NCBI GenBank assembly: GCA_049661965.1
Contig: JBATAS010000245.1
Location: forward strand, 538 to 64,537
Source: Ferruginibacter sp.
Lineage (GTDB): Bacteria > Bacteroidota > Bacteroidia > Chitinophagales > Chitinophagaceae
Reading direction: 5' to 3'
Length of the DNA: 64,000 bases
The translations under genes and the position numbers were made by a program. Shown here piece after piece: positions 36,492 through 45,657 of the stretch. The notes beneath the pieces were generated by a model. That model was not told the origin of the DNA. It ran no database searches and saw only the letters and a list, made by a program, of their open reading frames with translations. Every line of letters starts with the position of its first letter. Position 1 is the first letter of the stretch.

Positions 36492-37394
36492 ATGGCTAAA
36501 ATAAGAAAGCACAAGGCTGATAAAGTTGACTGGAAGCATGTTTTTGACCTGAAAAACTTTATTTTGTTATTTATAGGTAGCGGCCTGGCTGTTTTGGCCA
36601 TGAAGGGGTTTATGATACCTAACCATTTCCTGGATGGAGGTGTAACCGGCGTTTCTATTTTATTGCACGAAATTTTTCACATAAATATCAGTTTACTCGT
36701 AATTGGTCTCAACCTTGGTTTTGTGTACCTGGGCTATCGAAATATTGGAAAAACTTTTGCCGTGCAAACCATCATTGCCGTTGTTATCCTGGCAATTGGC
36801 TTGTTTTTTATTGATATCAATCCCATCACAAAGGATAAATTACTCATCGCCATTTTTGGCGGCATTTTAATGGGATCAGGCGTTGGCATGGTCATAAGAG
36901 GCGGCGGTGTTATTGATGGTGCCGAAGTGATTGCAGTTTTCACCCGGCGTAAAGTCGGTTTTTCAAACAGCGAGATCATCATGATCATCAACGTAATCAT
37001 TTTTGGCGTGGCGGCTTTAAAATTTGGCATTGAAACCGCTATGTATTCCATCATTACTTATTTCACGGCAAGCAGGGCAACCAACTATGTGGTAGATGGT
37101 ATAGAAGAATTTACTGCCATGAATATTGTTTCGGCTAAAGAAGAAGATGTAAAAAATTATTTAGTTAACGACCTTGGAAAAGGCATTACGGTATACAAAG
37201 GGGAACGGGGTTATCTTCCGGATAGTTTTGAAACAAAAAACGATTGCCAGATAATAGTTACCATTGTAACCCGTTTAGAAATAAAACAGATACATGATTC
37301 TATAAAAGATATTGACCCCAAGGCATTCATTTACGTAAACAGTATTAAAGAAGCTTCGGGCGGCATTTTAAAAGCAAAGGCGCATGCACATTAA
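36492..37394 (+). CDS. YitT family membrane protein (DUF161/DUF2179)
   Basis: F..PN...DGGVTG.S, G...DG.E.., IDP.AF. Confidence 0.92.
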   Translation: MAKIRKHKADKVDWKHVFDLKNFILLFIGSGLAVLAMKGFMIPNHFLDGGVTGVSILLHEIFHINISLLVIGLNLGFVYLGYRNIGKTFAVQTIIAVVILAIGLFFIDINPITKDKLLIAIFGGILMGSGVGMVIRGGGVIDGAEVIAVFTRRKVGFSNSEIIMIINVIIFGVAALKFGIETAMYSIITYFTASRATNYVVDGIEEFTAMNIVSAKEEDVKNYLVNDLGKGITVYKGERGYLPDSFETKNDCQIIVTIVTRLEIKQIHDSIKDIDPKAFIYVNSIKEASGGILKAKAHAH

Positions 37395-37962
37395 ACAGGA
37401 GATGATTGATTTTGTAATCAATTTATTGAAGAACAGAATACCGGGTACCTATTATTATCATAATTATGAACACACATTGTATGTAATGGATAAGGTTGTA
37501 AAAATTGGCAAATACGAAAACTGCAGCAACAATGAACTTAAGCTTCTGAAAACTGCAGCACTGTGGCACGACCTGGGATATATCAACACTTACAAAGATC
37601 ATGAAGAAGAAAGCTGCAGGCTGGCAAAACAATCACTACCCGGCTACGGATACGATACCAATGAGATAGACATGATATGCAGTATGATCATGGCTACAAA
37701 ATTACCGCACACGCCTGCTGACAAACTCGAAGAAATAATTGCTGATGCTGATATGGAGTACCTGGGAACCAATGAAGCTGCCACACAGGCAAATAACCTG
37801 TACCGGGAACTGAAAACTTTGAATTCCCACCTGACTAAAGATGAATGGGATCAGATTGAGATAAAATTCTTACAGGAACACCGGTTCTTTACTTCGTACT
37901 GCAAACAATATAGTGTACCCGCTAAAGTCAGGTACCTTAATAATTTGATTTACGGAAGTTAG
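37384..37962 (+). CDS. HD domain metal-dependent phosphohydrolase
   Basis: YHN..HT, AALWHDLGY, HEE.S, I.ADAD. Confidence 0.88.
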   Translation: MHIKQEMIDFVINLLKNRIPGTYYYHNYEHTLYVMDKVVKIGKYENCSNNELKLLKTAALWHDLGYINTYKDHEEESCRLAKQSLPGYGYDTNEIDMICSMIMATKLPHTPADKLEEIIADADMEYLGTNEAATQANNLYRELKTLNSHLTKDEWDQIEIKFLQEHRFFTSYCKQYSVPAKVRYLNNLIYGS

Positions 37963-38050
37963 GATATGTAAAATCAAATGGCTACTTTGTTCAATAAACA
38001 AGCTATACTGCTACTCTCACAAGTAATTATTACCGTCAAAAAAAGTATTG

Positions 38051-38075
38051 GCAGGCCAATTATATATTGGCCTGC
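38051..38075. other. Perfect 10-bp inverted repeat upstream of the RidA-family gene (terminator or operator)
   Basis: GCAGGCCAAT-TATAT-ATTGGCCTGC. Confidence 0.45.
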
Positions 38076-38110
38076 ATTTGCTTCATTCATTTACACTTTA
38101 AAACATAAAA

Positions 38111-38638
38111 ATGAAAAAACAACTCAGCTTTCTCCGTCTTTCTTATTTTACCGCAGCTTTTGTTGCACTGTCGTTTCTGGCAACAAGTTGCGATGATAAT
38201 GACAAAGATGAATCTCATAAAGACCACAAAGAATCAGCCGAAGCATCAGAAAAGCCTGAATACTTTATACTGAGGCCCGAAGTGGAAAAAGCTTTTGGCT
38301 ATTCGCATGCCGTGAAGATTGGTGATGACATTAAAGTTTCGGGCGCAGTAAGTATGGATGATAAAGGCGAACCCACTGCAGTGGGTAACATTGCACAACA
38401 AATGAAAAATTGCTATACCGATCTGGATAAAATTTTAAAACATTATGGCTGCACATTTGATGACGTGGTAGTGGAAAATATTTTTACAACCGATATGCCC
38501 AAGATGTTGGAAGTATCGGGCTACAGAAACGAAATTTATAAAAATCATTTTCCAACCGGATCATGGCTTGGCGTTAAAGAGCTGGCGCTACCAGGTTTTA
38601 TGATAGAGATTGAACTGGAAGTGCATAAGTCAAAATAA
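38111..38638 (+). CDS. RidA/YjgF family protein with lipoprotein signal peptide
   Basis: GYSHAV..G..I.VSG, P.....GV..LA.P...IEIE; LATSC lipobox followed by acidic residues. Confidence 0.85.
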   Translation: MKKQLSFLRLSYFTAAFVALSFLATSCDDNDKDESHKDHKESAEASEKPEYFILRPEVEKAFGYSHAVKIGDDIKVSGAVSMDDKGEPTAVGNIAQQMKNCYTDLDKILKHYGCTFDDVVVENIFTTDMPKMLEVSGYRNEIYKNHFPTGSWLGVKELALPGFMIEIELEVHKSK

Positions 38639-38682
38639 AAAATCTGCGGGGAAGGTAGTAAGGCATTTCATAAACCAGAATT

Positions 38683-38707
38683 TTCGCCTTCCCGCCTTTC
38701 CGGCAAA
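38683..38707 (+). repeat. Dispersed intergenic repeat, copy 1
   Basis: TTCGCCTTCCCGCCTTTCCGGCAAA; 24/25 identical to 45620-45644. Confidence 0.75.
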
Positions 38708-38719
38708 AAAAAACACCAA

Positions 38720-39250
38720 ATGAAAAAACTAAATCTGCTTGCTGCCTTAATTTTCTTATTGTGCGCCTGCACCCAATCAACAAAAACAACCGAAAGCCTG
38801 GTTGTGGATACTGCAAAAGAGCAAACACAAATAAATAGTATGCTTGACTCCTTTAACCGGGCAGCCGCCAAAGCCGACTTTAATGCCTATTTTAATTTTT
38901 ATACCGATGATGCCATCTTCACCGGCACCGATGCAACTGAGCGTTGGAACAAAACAGCATTTATGGCCTGGGCCAAACCCATTTTCGATAAAGGCAGCGC
39001 CTGGGATTTTACCGCCATAGAACGGCATATCTATTTTGACAAAACCAGCACACTTGCCTGGTTTGATGAACTATTGAATACACAAATGAAAATCTGCAGA
39101 GGATCAGGTGTGTTGGTAAAACAGGACGATGACTGGAAAGTACAGCAATATATCTTATCAACCATGGTTCCAAACGATCAACTGGATGAAGTAATAAAAA
39201 ATAAAGCAGCAGTTGAAGACAGCATTATAAAAGTTCTATCTGCAAAATAA
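38720..39250 (+). CDS. SnoaL-like/NTF2 fold lipoprotein
   Basis: LCAC lipobox; F.GTDATE.W, AWFDELL, CRGSGVL, W....Y.LS. Confidence 0.85.
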   Translation: MKKLNLLAALIFLLCACTQSTKTTESLVVDTAKEQTQINSMLDSFNRAAAKADFNAYFNFYTDDAIFTGTDATERWNKTAFMAWAKPIFDKGSAWDFTAIERHIYFDKTSTLAWFDELLNTQMKICRGSGVLVKQDDDWKVQQYILSTMVPNDQLDEVIKNKAAVEDSIIKVLSAK

Positions 39251-39266
39251 ATTAAAATCAAAAATC

Positions 39267-40442
39267 ATGATAAGATTAATATCCTTTTGTTTTTTGCTGA
39301 TTTCTTTTTCCGCTTTTGGTCAATCCACAACCCAAAAAAGAGGAGCAATCAGAGAAATCAACCTAACAGGAACCGGTTACGAACTGGGTTTGCAACATGG
39401 TAAGTTATTGAAAAAGGAAATTGGCGAATTAGTAACCCTGATGAAAGCTAACACATCAAAGGCACTCGGTAAAGATGCTGACCTCGCCATTAAAGAATTT
39501 AGTGAATATGCAAAATTTACTGATGCCATAAAAAAATATACGCCTGAACTTTACGAAGAAGTGAAAGGCATTGCTGATGGCTCGGCCCAGACACTGGAAG
39601 ATATCATGGTTTTTAATTTGCTGGATGAATTTTGGGTATATCAAAATAATCTTGCCAATCATCATTGCAGTGGCATGGGTGTGCCGGCCACAAAAGGCCA
39701 CCCGGCTTATATTGCCCAGAATATGGATATTGAAAGCTACACAGATGGCTACCAGGTTTTGATCCGTTTATCAAGAACCAACACAAGGCCCGAACAATTT
39801 ATTTTAACGCATCCGGGTATTATAGCATTAAACGGCATGAATGAAAAAGGAATCGGTGCCTGCATGAATACATTGATGCAGTTGAAAGCTTCTGTCTCAG
39901 GCTTACCCGTTGCATTTATTGTAAGACGTATTTTAAACAGCACTGATAAAAATGAGTTGCTGAATTTTATCCAAACTGTGCCACACGCTTCCGGTCAGAA
40001 TTATATCATCGGTATTAAAGATGAGGTTTTTGATTTTGAAGCTTCGGCCAATAAAGTTGTAAGGTTTAATCCAGACAATGCCAATGGAACCATATACCAT
40101 ACTAATCATCCATTGGTAAACAATGATGTAAAAGAATGGTATAAAAAATATGACCCCACATTGGCTGTTAAACCTGCAGAAAATAACAGTTCTATCCGGC
40201 TGGCAGCAGTTAAAAACAGGATTGCTGAAAACCCGGTAATTAATGATGTATTGATAAAAGAGACATTACGGTCGAAAGATGATAGTAACAACCCTGTTTG
40301 CCGTGCACCTAAAAATGGCGGGGTTACTTTTGGATCAGTCATCATGACGCTTTCAGGTAAACCTTTCTTACAGGTTACAGCAGGCCCGCCCGACGAATCG
40401 GAATACAAGCGGTTTGATTTTAGTAACACTATTGATAAATAG
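39267..40442 (+). CDS. Peptidase C45 (acyl-CoA:6-APA acyltransferase-like) Ntn-hydrolase with signal peptide
   Basis: G..YE.G.QHG, EE..GIA.G, HHCS nucleophile region, AQNMD, GMNE.G, HTNH. Confidence 0.85.
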   Translation: MIRLISFCFLLISFSAFGQSTTQKRGAIREINLTGTGYELGLQHGKLLKKEIGELVTLMKANTSKALGKDADLAIKEFSEYAKFTDAIKKYTPELYEEVKGIADGSAQTLEDIMVFNLLDEFWVYQNNLANHHCSGMGVPATKGHPAYIAQNMDIESYTDGYQVLIRLSRTNTRPEQFILTHPGIIALNGMNEKGIGACMNTLMQLKASVSGLPVAFIVRRILNSTDKNELLNFIQTVPHASGQNYIIGIKDEVFDFEASANKVVRFNPDNANGTIYHTNHPLVNNDVKEWYKKYDPTLAVKPAENNSSIRLAAVKNRIAENPVINDVLIKETLRSKDDSNNPVCRAPKNGGVTFGSVIMTLSGKPFLQVTAGPPDESEYKRFDFSNTIDK

Positions 40443-40451
40443 ATTATAAAA

Positions 40452-41621
40452 ATGAAAAAAAAATTATTACTCCTCAGCATTCTTTTTGCACAGCAGATAC
40501 ATGCACAATCTTACCAAAAAACACACAACAAAGCTATTGTTGTAGATACACACAATGATATACTGATGAGGGCAGCAGATCTGGGAATTGTTTTTGACCA
40601 GGACCTCACCGGGAAAACTCATAGCGACCTTAACCGTTGGAAAAAAGGTGGACTTGACGTGCAGATTTTTTCTGTGTACTGCGATGGCGATAAAAAAAAT
40701 GCATTCGCTTATGCCAACCGGGAAATGGACAGCCTGGATGCAGTAGTGGCACGCAATCCTGACAAGATTGTAAAAGTTGCCAATTATGCTGAACTCCTAA
40801 AAGCAGTAAAGCAACATAAGATAGCTGCTATGTTTGGGGTGGAAGGAGGACATATGATTGAAGATGACATTACTAAACTGGAAGCGCTATATAATCGTGG
40901 TGCAAGATATTTAACCCTTACACATAATATTGCACCATCCTGGGCTACCAGTGCGGCTGATGAAACCAGCGGAAAACCCCTGTTTCACAAAGGGCTAACT
41001 GATTTTGGTAAACAAGTAGTACAGCGCATGAATGAATTGGGTATGATGATAGACGTAAGCCATGTTGGTGATCAGACTTTTTGGGATGTAATTAAATTAA
41101 CGACAAAACCAATCATTGCTTCTCATAGTTCTGTTTATACATTAGTGCAAAGCCGTCGTAATTTAAAAGACGAGCAGATAAAAGCCATTGCTAAAAACGG
41201 CGGTGTAATACAAGTAAATTTTCATCCTGGTTTTATTGACAGCAGTTTCGATAGAAAAGAAGCAGCATTTTTAAAAATCCATGCAGCAGAGTTTGATTCT
41301 CTCCTCAAAAGCGGCACGCAGGATTACTATGCACTTGATTTACTTTATCGCAAATATCCGGCAGCAGCAATCAGTATGCGTCCTCCCCTCTCCTTACTCA
41401 TGGATCATATCGAATACATCATCAAACTGGTTGGTGTTGATTACGTTGGCCTGGGCTCCGACTTTGATGGTATAAATCTTACACCGCAACAATTAGATGA
41501 TGTAACTACTTATCCTTTAATTACAAAAGCATTGGTTGAAAAAGGCTACAGCAAAAAAGATATCAATAAAATACTGGGTGGAAATATTTTACGGGTATTT
41601 AAAGCTAATGAAATAAAATAA
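40452..41621 (+). CDS. Membrane dipeptidase (peptidase M19) with signal peptide
   Basis: VDTHND, GVEGGH, LTLTHN, DVSH, ASHS, RN, GLGSDFDG, GGN.LRV. Confidence 0.93.
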   Translation: MKKKLLLLSILFAQQIHAQSYQKTHNKAIVVDTHNDILMRAADLGIVFDQDLTGKTHSDLNRWKKGGLDVQIFSVYCDGDKKNAFAYANREMDSLDAVVARNPDKIVKVANYAELLKAVKQHKIAAMFGVEGGHMIEDDITKLEALYNRGARYLTLTHNIAPSWATSAADETSGKPLFHKGLTDFGKQVVQRMNELGMMIDVSHVGDQTFWDVIKLTTKPIIASHSSVYTLVQSRRNLKDEQIKAIAKNGGVIQVNFHPGFIDSSFDRKEAAFLKIHAAEFDSLLKSGTQDYYALDLLYRKYPAAAISMRPPLSLLMDHIEYIIKLVGVDYVGLGSDFDGINLTPQQLDDVTTYPLITKALVEKGYSKKDINKILGGNILRVFKANEIK

Positions 41622-41644
41622 AACGTCAATCAAACCAAACAAAC

Positions 41645-42955
41645 ATGGCCATAGAAAAAACAGAAGAAGGGTTAGAACGGGTTGTTGGTGTATCAGGCCT
41701 TGCACTTACCATTGTTAATTTTACCATCGGTGCCGGTATTTTTGTTTTACCGGCTGTTGTTGGTATTGAAATGGGAGCCTTCGGAATATTCAGTTATATT
41801 TTTTGTGCCATCATGCTGGCAACCATCATGCTTTGTTATGCCGAAACAGGTGCCCGTGTAACAAGCAGTGGTGGCTCGTATGCATATGTGGTAGCCGCTT
41901 TTGGCGAATTACCGGGTTTTATTGTTAACTGGTTATTCTTCTTTGGCTGGAGCATTTTAAGTGATGCAGCTTTGTTGAACATCATTGCCGATTCGCTGGC
42001 AGTTATTTTTCCTGTTTTTTTAAATCCCTGGCTACGTGCTGTTTTCTTTTTTGTGCTGATGAGTTTTATGATATTGCTGAACATACGTGGCGCTAAACAA
42101 GGAGTGTCATTTATTAAAATTGTTACACTGGTAAAATTAATACCGCTGCTCGCCATTATCATTTTTGGTTTTGGCTATATCAAAACAGATAACCTCTATT
42201 GGAATCATATCCCCTCTCTAAAATCATTTGGAAATACTGCCCTTGTTTTATTTTTTGCATTTGCCGGGTTTGAATCTGCACTTAGTGTAAGTGGCGAAAT
42301 AAAAAATCCAAAACGCACTGTGCCAATGGGCATTTTATTGGCGGGTGTATTGATACTTATCGTTTACCTGTTACTGCAAACCGTAACCCAGGGTGTATTG
42401 GGTTCACAAATTGCTGCAGTAAAAGATGCTCCATTGGCTGCCATTGCCAAAAAAATCATTGGCCCCATTGGAGCCACCATTCTGTTACTTACTGCAGCAT
42501 TCTCCTGCTTTACCACAGTAAGCGGCGATGTACTTGCAACGCCACGATTACTTTTTGCCGGCGCTAAAGATGGCCTGTTTCCGAAGATTCTTGGGAAAGT
42601 TCATCCAAAATTTGCAACACCTTATTGGGCAATTGCAATTTATGGTTCATTGATTTTTATACTTTCAGTTGCAGGTGGGTTTAAACAACTGGCGGTGCTG
42701 GCAAGCGCAGCTATACTGCTTATTTATCTTTCGGTTATTCTGGCCAGTATTAAACTAAGAAGTAAAAAAAACGAGACTTCAGAAAAAACTTTCAGAATGC
42801 CGGGCGGAATAACGATTCCTTTGATTGGTATTGCCGCAATAATTTGGTTACTCACCAGCTTAACTAAATGGGAAATTCTTTCCGCACTTATTTTCATCGG
42901 GGCTATCATTCTGATCTATTTTGCCATGAAGCAAATTAAAAAGAACCAGGAATAG
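41645..42955 (+). CDS. APC family amino acid permease
   Basis: IGAGIF, GG.YAYV, FFAFAGFE, E.KNP.R..P, 12 TM. Confidence 0.93.
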   Translation: MAIEKTEEGLERVVGVSGLALTIVNFTIGAGIFVLPAVVGIEMGAFGIFSYIFCAIMLATIMLCYAETGARVTSSGGSYAYVVAAFGELPGFIVNWLFFFGWSILSDAALLNIIADSLAVIFPVFLNPWLRAVFFFVLMSFMILLNIRGAKQGVSFIKIVTLVKLIPLLAIIIFGFGYIKTDNLYWNHIPSLKSFGNTALVLFFAFAGFESALSVSGEIKNPKRTVPMGILLAGVLILIVYLLLQTVTQGVLGSQIAAVKDAPLAAIAKKIIGPIGATILLLTAAFSCFTTVSGDVLATPRLLFAGAKDGLFPKILGKVHPKFATPYWAIAIYGSLIFILSVAGGFKQLAVLASAAILLIYLSVILASIKLRSKKNETSEKTFRMPGGITIPLIGIAAIIWLLTSLTKWEILSALIFIGAIILIYFAMKQIKKNQE

Positions 42956-43257
42956 ATAATTCCAGCACTATTTTATAAATCTACCACATTATCCCCATAT
43001 AAATCACCTGTCAGGGGTAGTTGCTGATATTCGTTTTCATCATATCATGAATTACAGGAATAAAATGCCCGAATACTGCCATAAAATAAGTAGATTTAAG
43101 GTTCATAGCCATTAAAACACAACTAATTAGCTTAATAATCCTTTTCCTTTAAATTTCCGTTTCCGGTCACTGGACAGATATTCAAATATCCTGCTCAGTC
43201 GGTTTAGGTTTTTAAACCAAAACTTGTTATTCAACTTAACTGCAAATCTTTACATCG

Positions 43258-44415
43258 ATGCTTTCAAAATCTATCAAAGGAAAATCAACAGAAGAAATAA
43301 GTTCTGCGTTAACTGAAAGCATGACCGACGGATTCAAACCAACTTTAGCCATTGTATTCATTTCTATTAAACAGGACAGAGAAACCATTTGCAATTTGCT
43401 GGATGCAAAAGGCATTCAGATATTCGGCGCCACAACTGCAGGGGAATTTATTGATGGCGAAATTGAAGCAGGCAGTATTGTAATAATGCTACTCGACATG
43501 AATCCGGAATTTTTTAAAATTAAATTTCTGGAAACAAGCCCGGAGAACGCCATAGAAACTGCGAAAATACTTGGCAATGCCGGGAAAGAATCCTTTACCA
43601 ACCCTTCGTTAATACTGGCAACCGGTGGAATATTCATAGATGGCGACAAAATTATAGAAGGCATCACAGGAGGTTTTGGAAAGCCTGCTGCAGACAGGGA
43701 GATAACCGTTTTTGGAGGTATGGCAGGAGATGATCTGATAGCTGAAAAACCACTTGTCTTCACCAACGGAAAAACTAAAGACAATGCAATTGTTGCCCTC
43801 ATTATTGATGAGGATAAAATAGATGTCAGAGGTATTGCTACTTGTGGCTGGAAAGCTGTCGGCACTTCAAAAACAGTTACTAAAAGCGAAGGCAATATTG
43901 TATATACCATCGACGATAAACCGGCATTGGATATGCTGATGAAATATCTTGGCGTTGATGTAAAGCAGGATGAAAGCAAGGGAATCTCCACATTTCAAAA
44001 CTCCTGGTATTATCCATTGCAACTGGAACGTGAAAATGGAGATACTGTGATTCGGGCAACCCGATTTGCAAATAGCGAAGATCGTTCACTTATCTGTACC
44101 GGCAGTGTGCCCCAAGGATCAAAGATCAAATTTTCACTGCCACCGGAATTTGATGCTATTGAAACAGTGGTTGCTGAATGTGCCAGCATTAAGGATCATG
44201 CAGAACAGCAAGCCGATGCTTTGATCATGTTCTCCTGTGTGAGCCGGCATTTATCGTTTGGGGCTTTAATGAAAGAAGAAATTGACCAGGTGCGACAAAT
44301 ATGGAATGCACCCATGGCCGGCTTTTTTACCTATGGCGAATATGGCAAGTCCAAAATCGGCACCAATGAATTTCATAACAATGCCTGTTGCGTGGTGGCA
44401 TTAAAAGAAAAATAA
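43258..44415 (+). CDS. FIST domain sensor protein 1 (NosP-like)
   Basis: GATTAGE, FGGMAGD, GW..VG, MFSCVSR, GFFTYGE.G, FHN. Confidence 0.92.
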   Translation: MLSKSIKGKSTEEISSALTESMTDGFKPTLAIVFISIKQDRETICNLLDAKGIQIFGATTAGEFIDGEIEAGSIVIMLLDMNPEFFKIKFLETSPENAIETAKILGNAGKESFTNPSLILATGGIFIDGDKIIEGITGGFGKPAADREITVFGGMAGDDLIAEKPLVFTNGKTKDNAIVALIIDEDKIDVRGIATCGWKAVGTSKTVTKSEGNIVYTIDDKPALDMLMKYLGVDVKQDESKGISTFQNSWYYPLQLERENGDTVIRATRFANSEDRSLICTGSVPQGSKIKFSLPPEFDAIETVVAECASIKDHAEQQADALIMFSCVSRHLSFGALMKEEIDQVRQIWNAPMAGFFTYGEYGKSKIGTNEFHNNACCVVALKEK

Positions 44416-44418
44416 AAG

Positions 44419-45579
44419 ATGAAAGCGAAATCAATCAAAGGAAAATCAACAGAAGAAATTAATGAGGCAATGTTAGATGCAATGGCTGACGGTTATCAAC
44501 CAACACTGGCCATCATTTTTATTTCTATCAAACAAGACAGAAAAGCCGTTGCTGATTTATTTCATGAAAAAGGCATAGACATTTTGGGTGCTACTTCTTG
44601 TGGTGAATTTATCAATGGCCATCAAAGCGAAGGAGAAACAGTAATTATGTTGCTGGATATAGCAAAAGAAAACTACTCCATATTGTATGAAGAAATAGGT
44701 GAACGAAGTATAAGTGATGCTGCTGCGCAATTGGCGGAAAATGCACTACAGAAATTCAAGAACCCTTCTTTGATTGTTTGCAGTACGGGTATGACAACAA
44801 AAGCAGAGTATTTTGACGGACCCTCAATGGTGAAGAGTATTGAAAAAACACTTGGACCGGATAAAATATTTTTTGGTGGCATGGCAGGAGATGATGGAAC
44901 TTTTAGCGGCAGTTATATATTTAACCACGAAAAGGAAACAGACTTTGGAATATCTGCCTTGGTCCTGAATGGCGATAGCGTCTCATTGCAGGGTAAGGCT
45001 ATTACAGGATGGAAACCCATGGGTATTGCCCGAACCATAACGAAGAGTACAGGCAGCAGTATTTACACAATTGATGACATGTCCGCAGTGGACATGTATT
45101 TCAAATATCTTGGTAGAGAGAATAAGAAAACAGACCGGTTATTTAATCTTATGGATGAACTCGGTTTTTCTTATCCGTTTATTACTGAAAGAGAACCAGG
45201 TGGCGAAACAATTTTAATAACCCCACGGGGTATTGATTATAAAGATAATGCGCTGATTGTTGACATGCCAACTAAAGAAGGCACAAAACTCTGGTTCTCC
45301 ATGCCACCGGAGTTTGAAATCGTTGAAGAAATTATAGACGAGGCCAATCAATTGAAAAATAACAGTGAATTGAATGCAGATGCCTTATTAATTTTTTCCT
45401 GTGCAGGCAGGCAACCCGTATTGGGCCCGTTAACCACTGCAGAAAATGAAGGCTTACAAGAAGTTTGGAAAACACCGATGGCCGGCTTTTTTACCTATGG
45501 CGAAATTGGCAGAACCAAAAAAGGGAAACAGGAATATCATTCCGGCGCCTGCTGCTGGGTAGCAATAAAAGAAAAATAA
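44419..45579 (+). CDS. FIST domain sensor protein 2 (NosP-like)
   Basis: GATSCGE, FGGMAGDD, GWKP.G, IFSCAGR, GFFTYGEIG, YHS. Confidence 0.92.
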   Translation: MKAKSIKGKSTEEINEAMLDAMADGYQPTLAIIFISIKQDRKAVADLFHEKGIDILGATSCGEFINGHQSEGETVIMLLDIAKENYSILYEEIGERSISDAAAQLAENALQKFKNPSLIVCSTGMTTKAEYFDGPSMVKSIEKTLGPDKIFFGGMAGDDGTFSGSYIFNHEKETDFGISALVLNGDSVSLQGKAITGWKPMGIARTITKSTGSSIYTIDDMSAVDMYFKYLGRENKKTDRLFNLMDELGFSYPFITEREPGGETILITPRGIDYKDNALIVDMPTKEGTKLWFSMPPEFEIVEEIIDEANQLKNNSELNADALLIFSCAGRQPVLGPLTTAENEGLQEVWKTPMAGFFTYGEIGRTKKGKQEYHSGACCWVAIKEK

Positions 45580-45619
45580 AAATCAGCCGGTAAGTCGATA
45601 AGTCGTTCTGAAAACTTTA

Positions 45620-45644
45620 TTCGTCTTCCCGCCTTTCCGGCAAA
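45620..45644 (+). repeat. Dispersed intergenic repeat, copy 2
   Basis: TTCGTCTTCCCGCCTTTCCGGCAAA; matches 38683-38707. Confidence 0.75.
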
Positions 45645-45657
45645 TTAAAAAACAAAC

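Noticed and set aside
42956..43257. 300-bp leader before the FIST operon as a riboswitch/ncRNA
   Set aside because: No recognisable aptamer consensus or convincing long-range pairing by eye; an Rfam/Infernal scan would be needed
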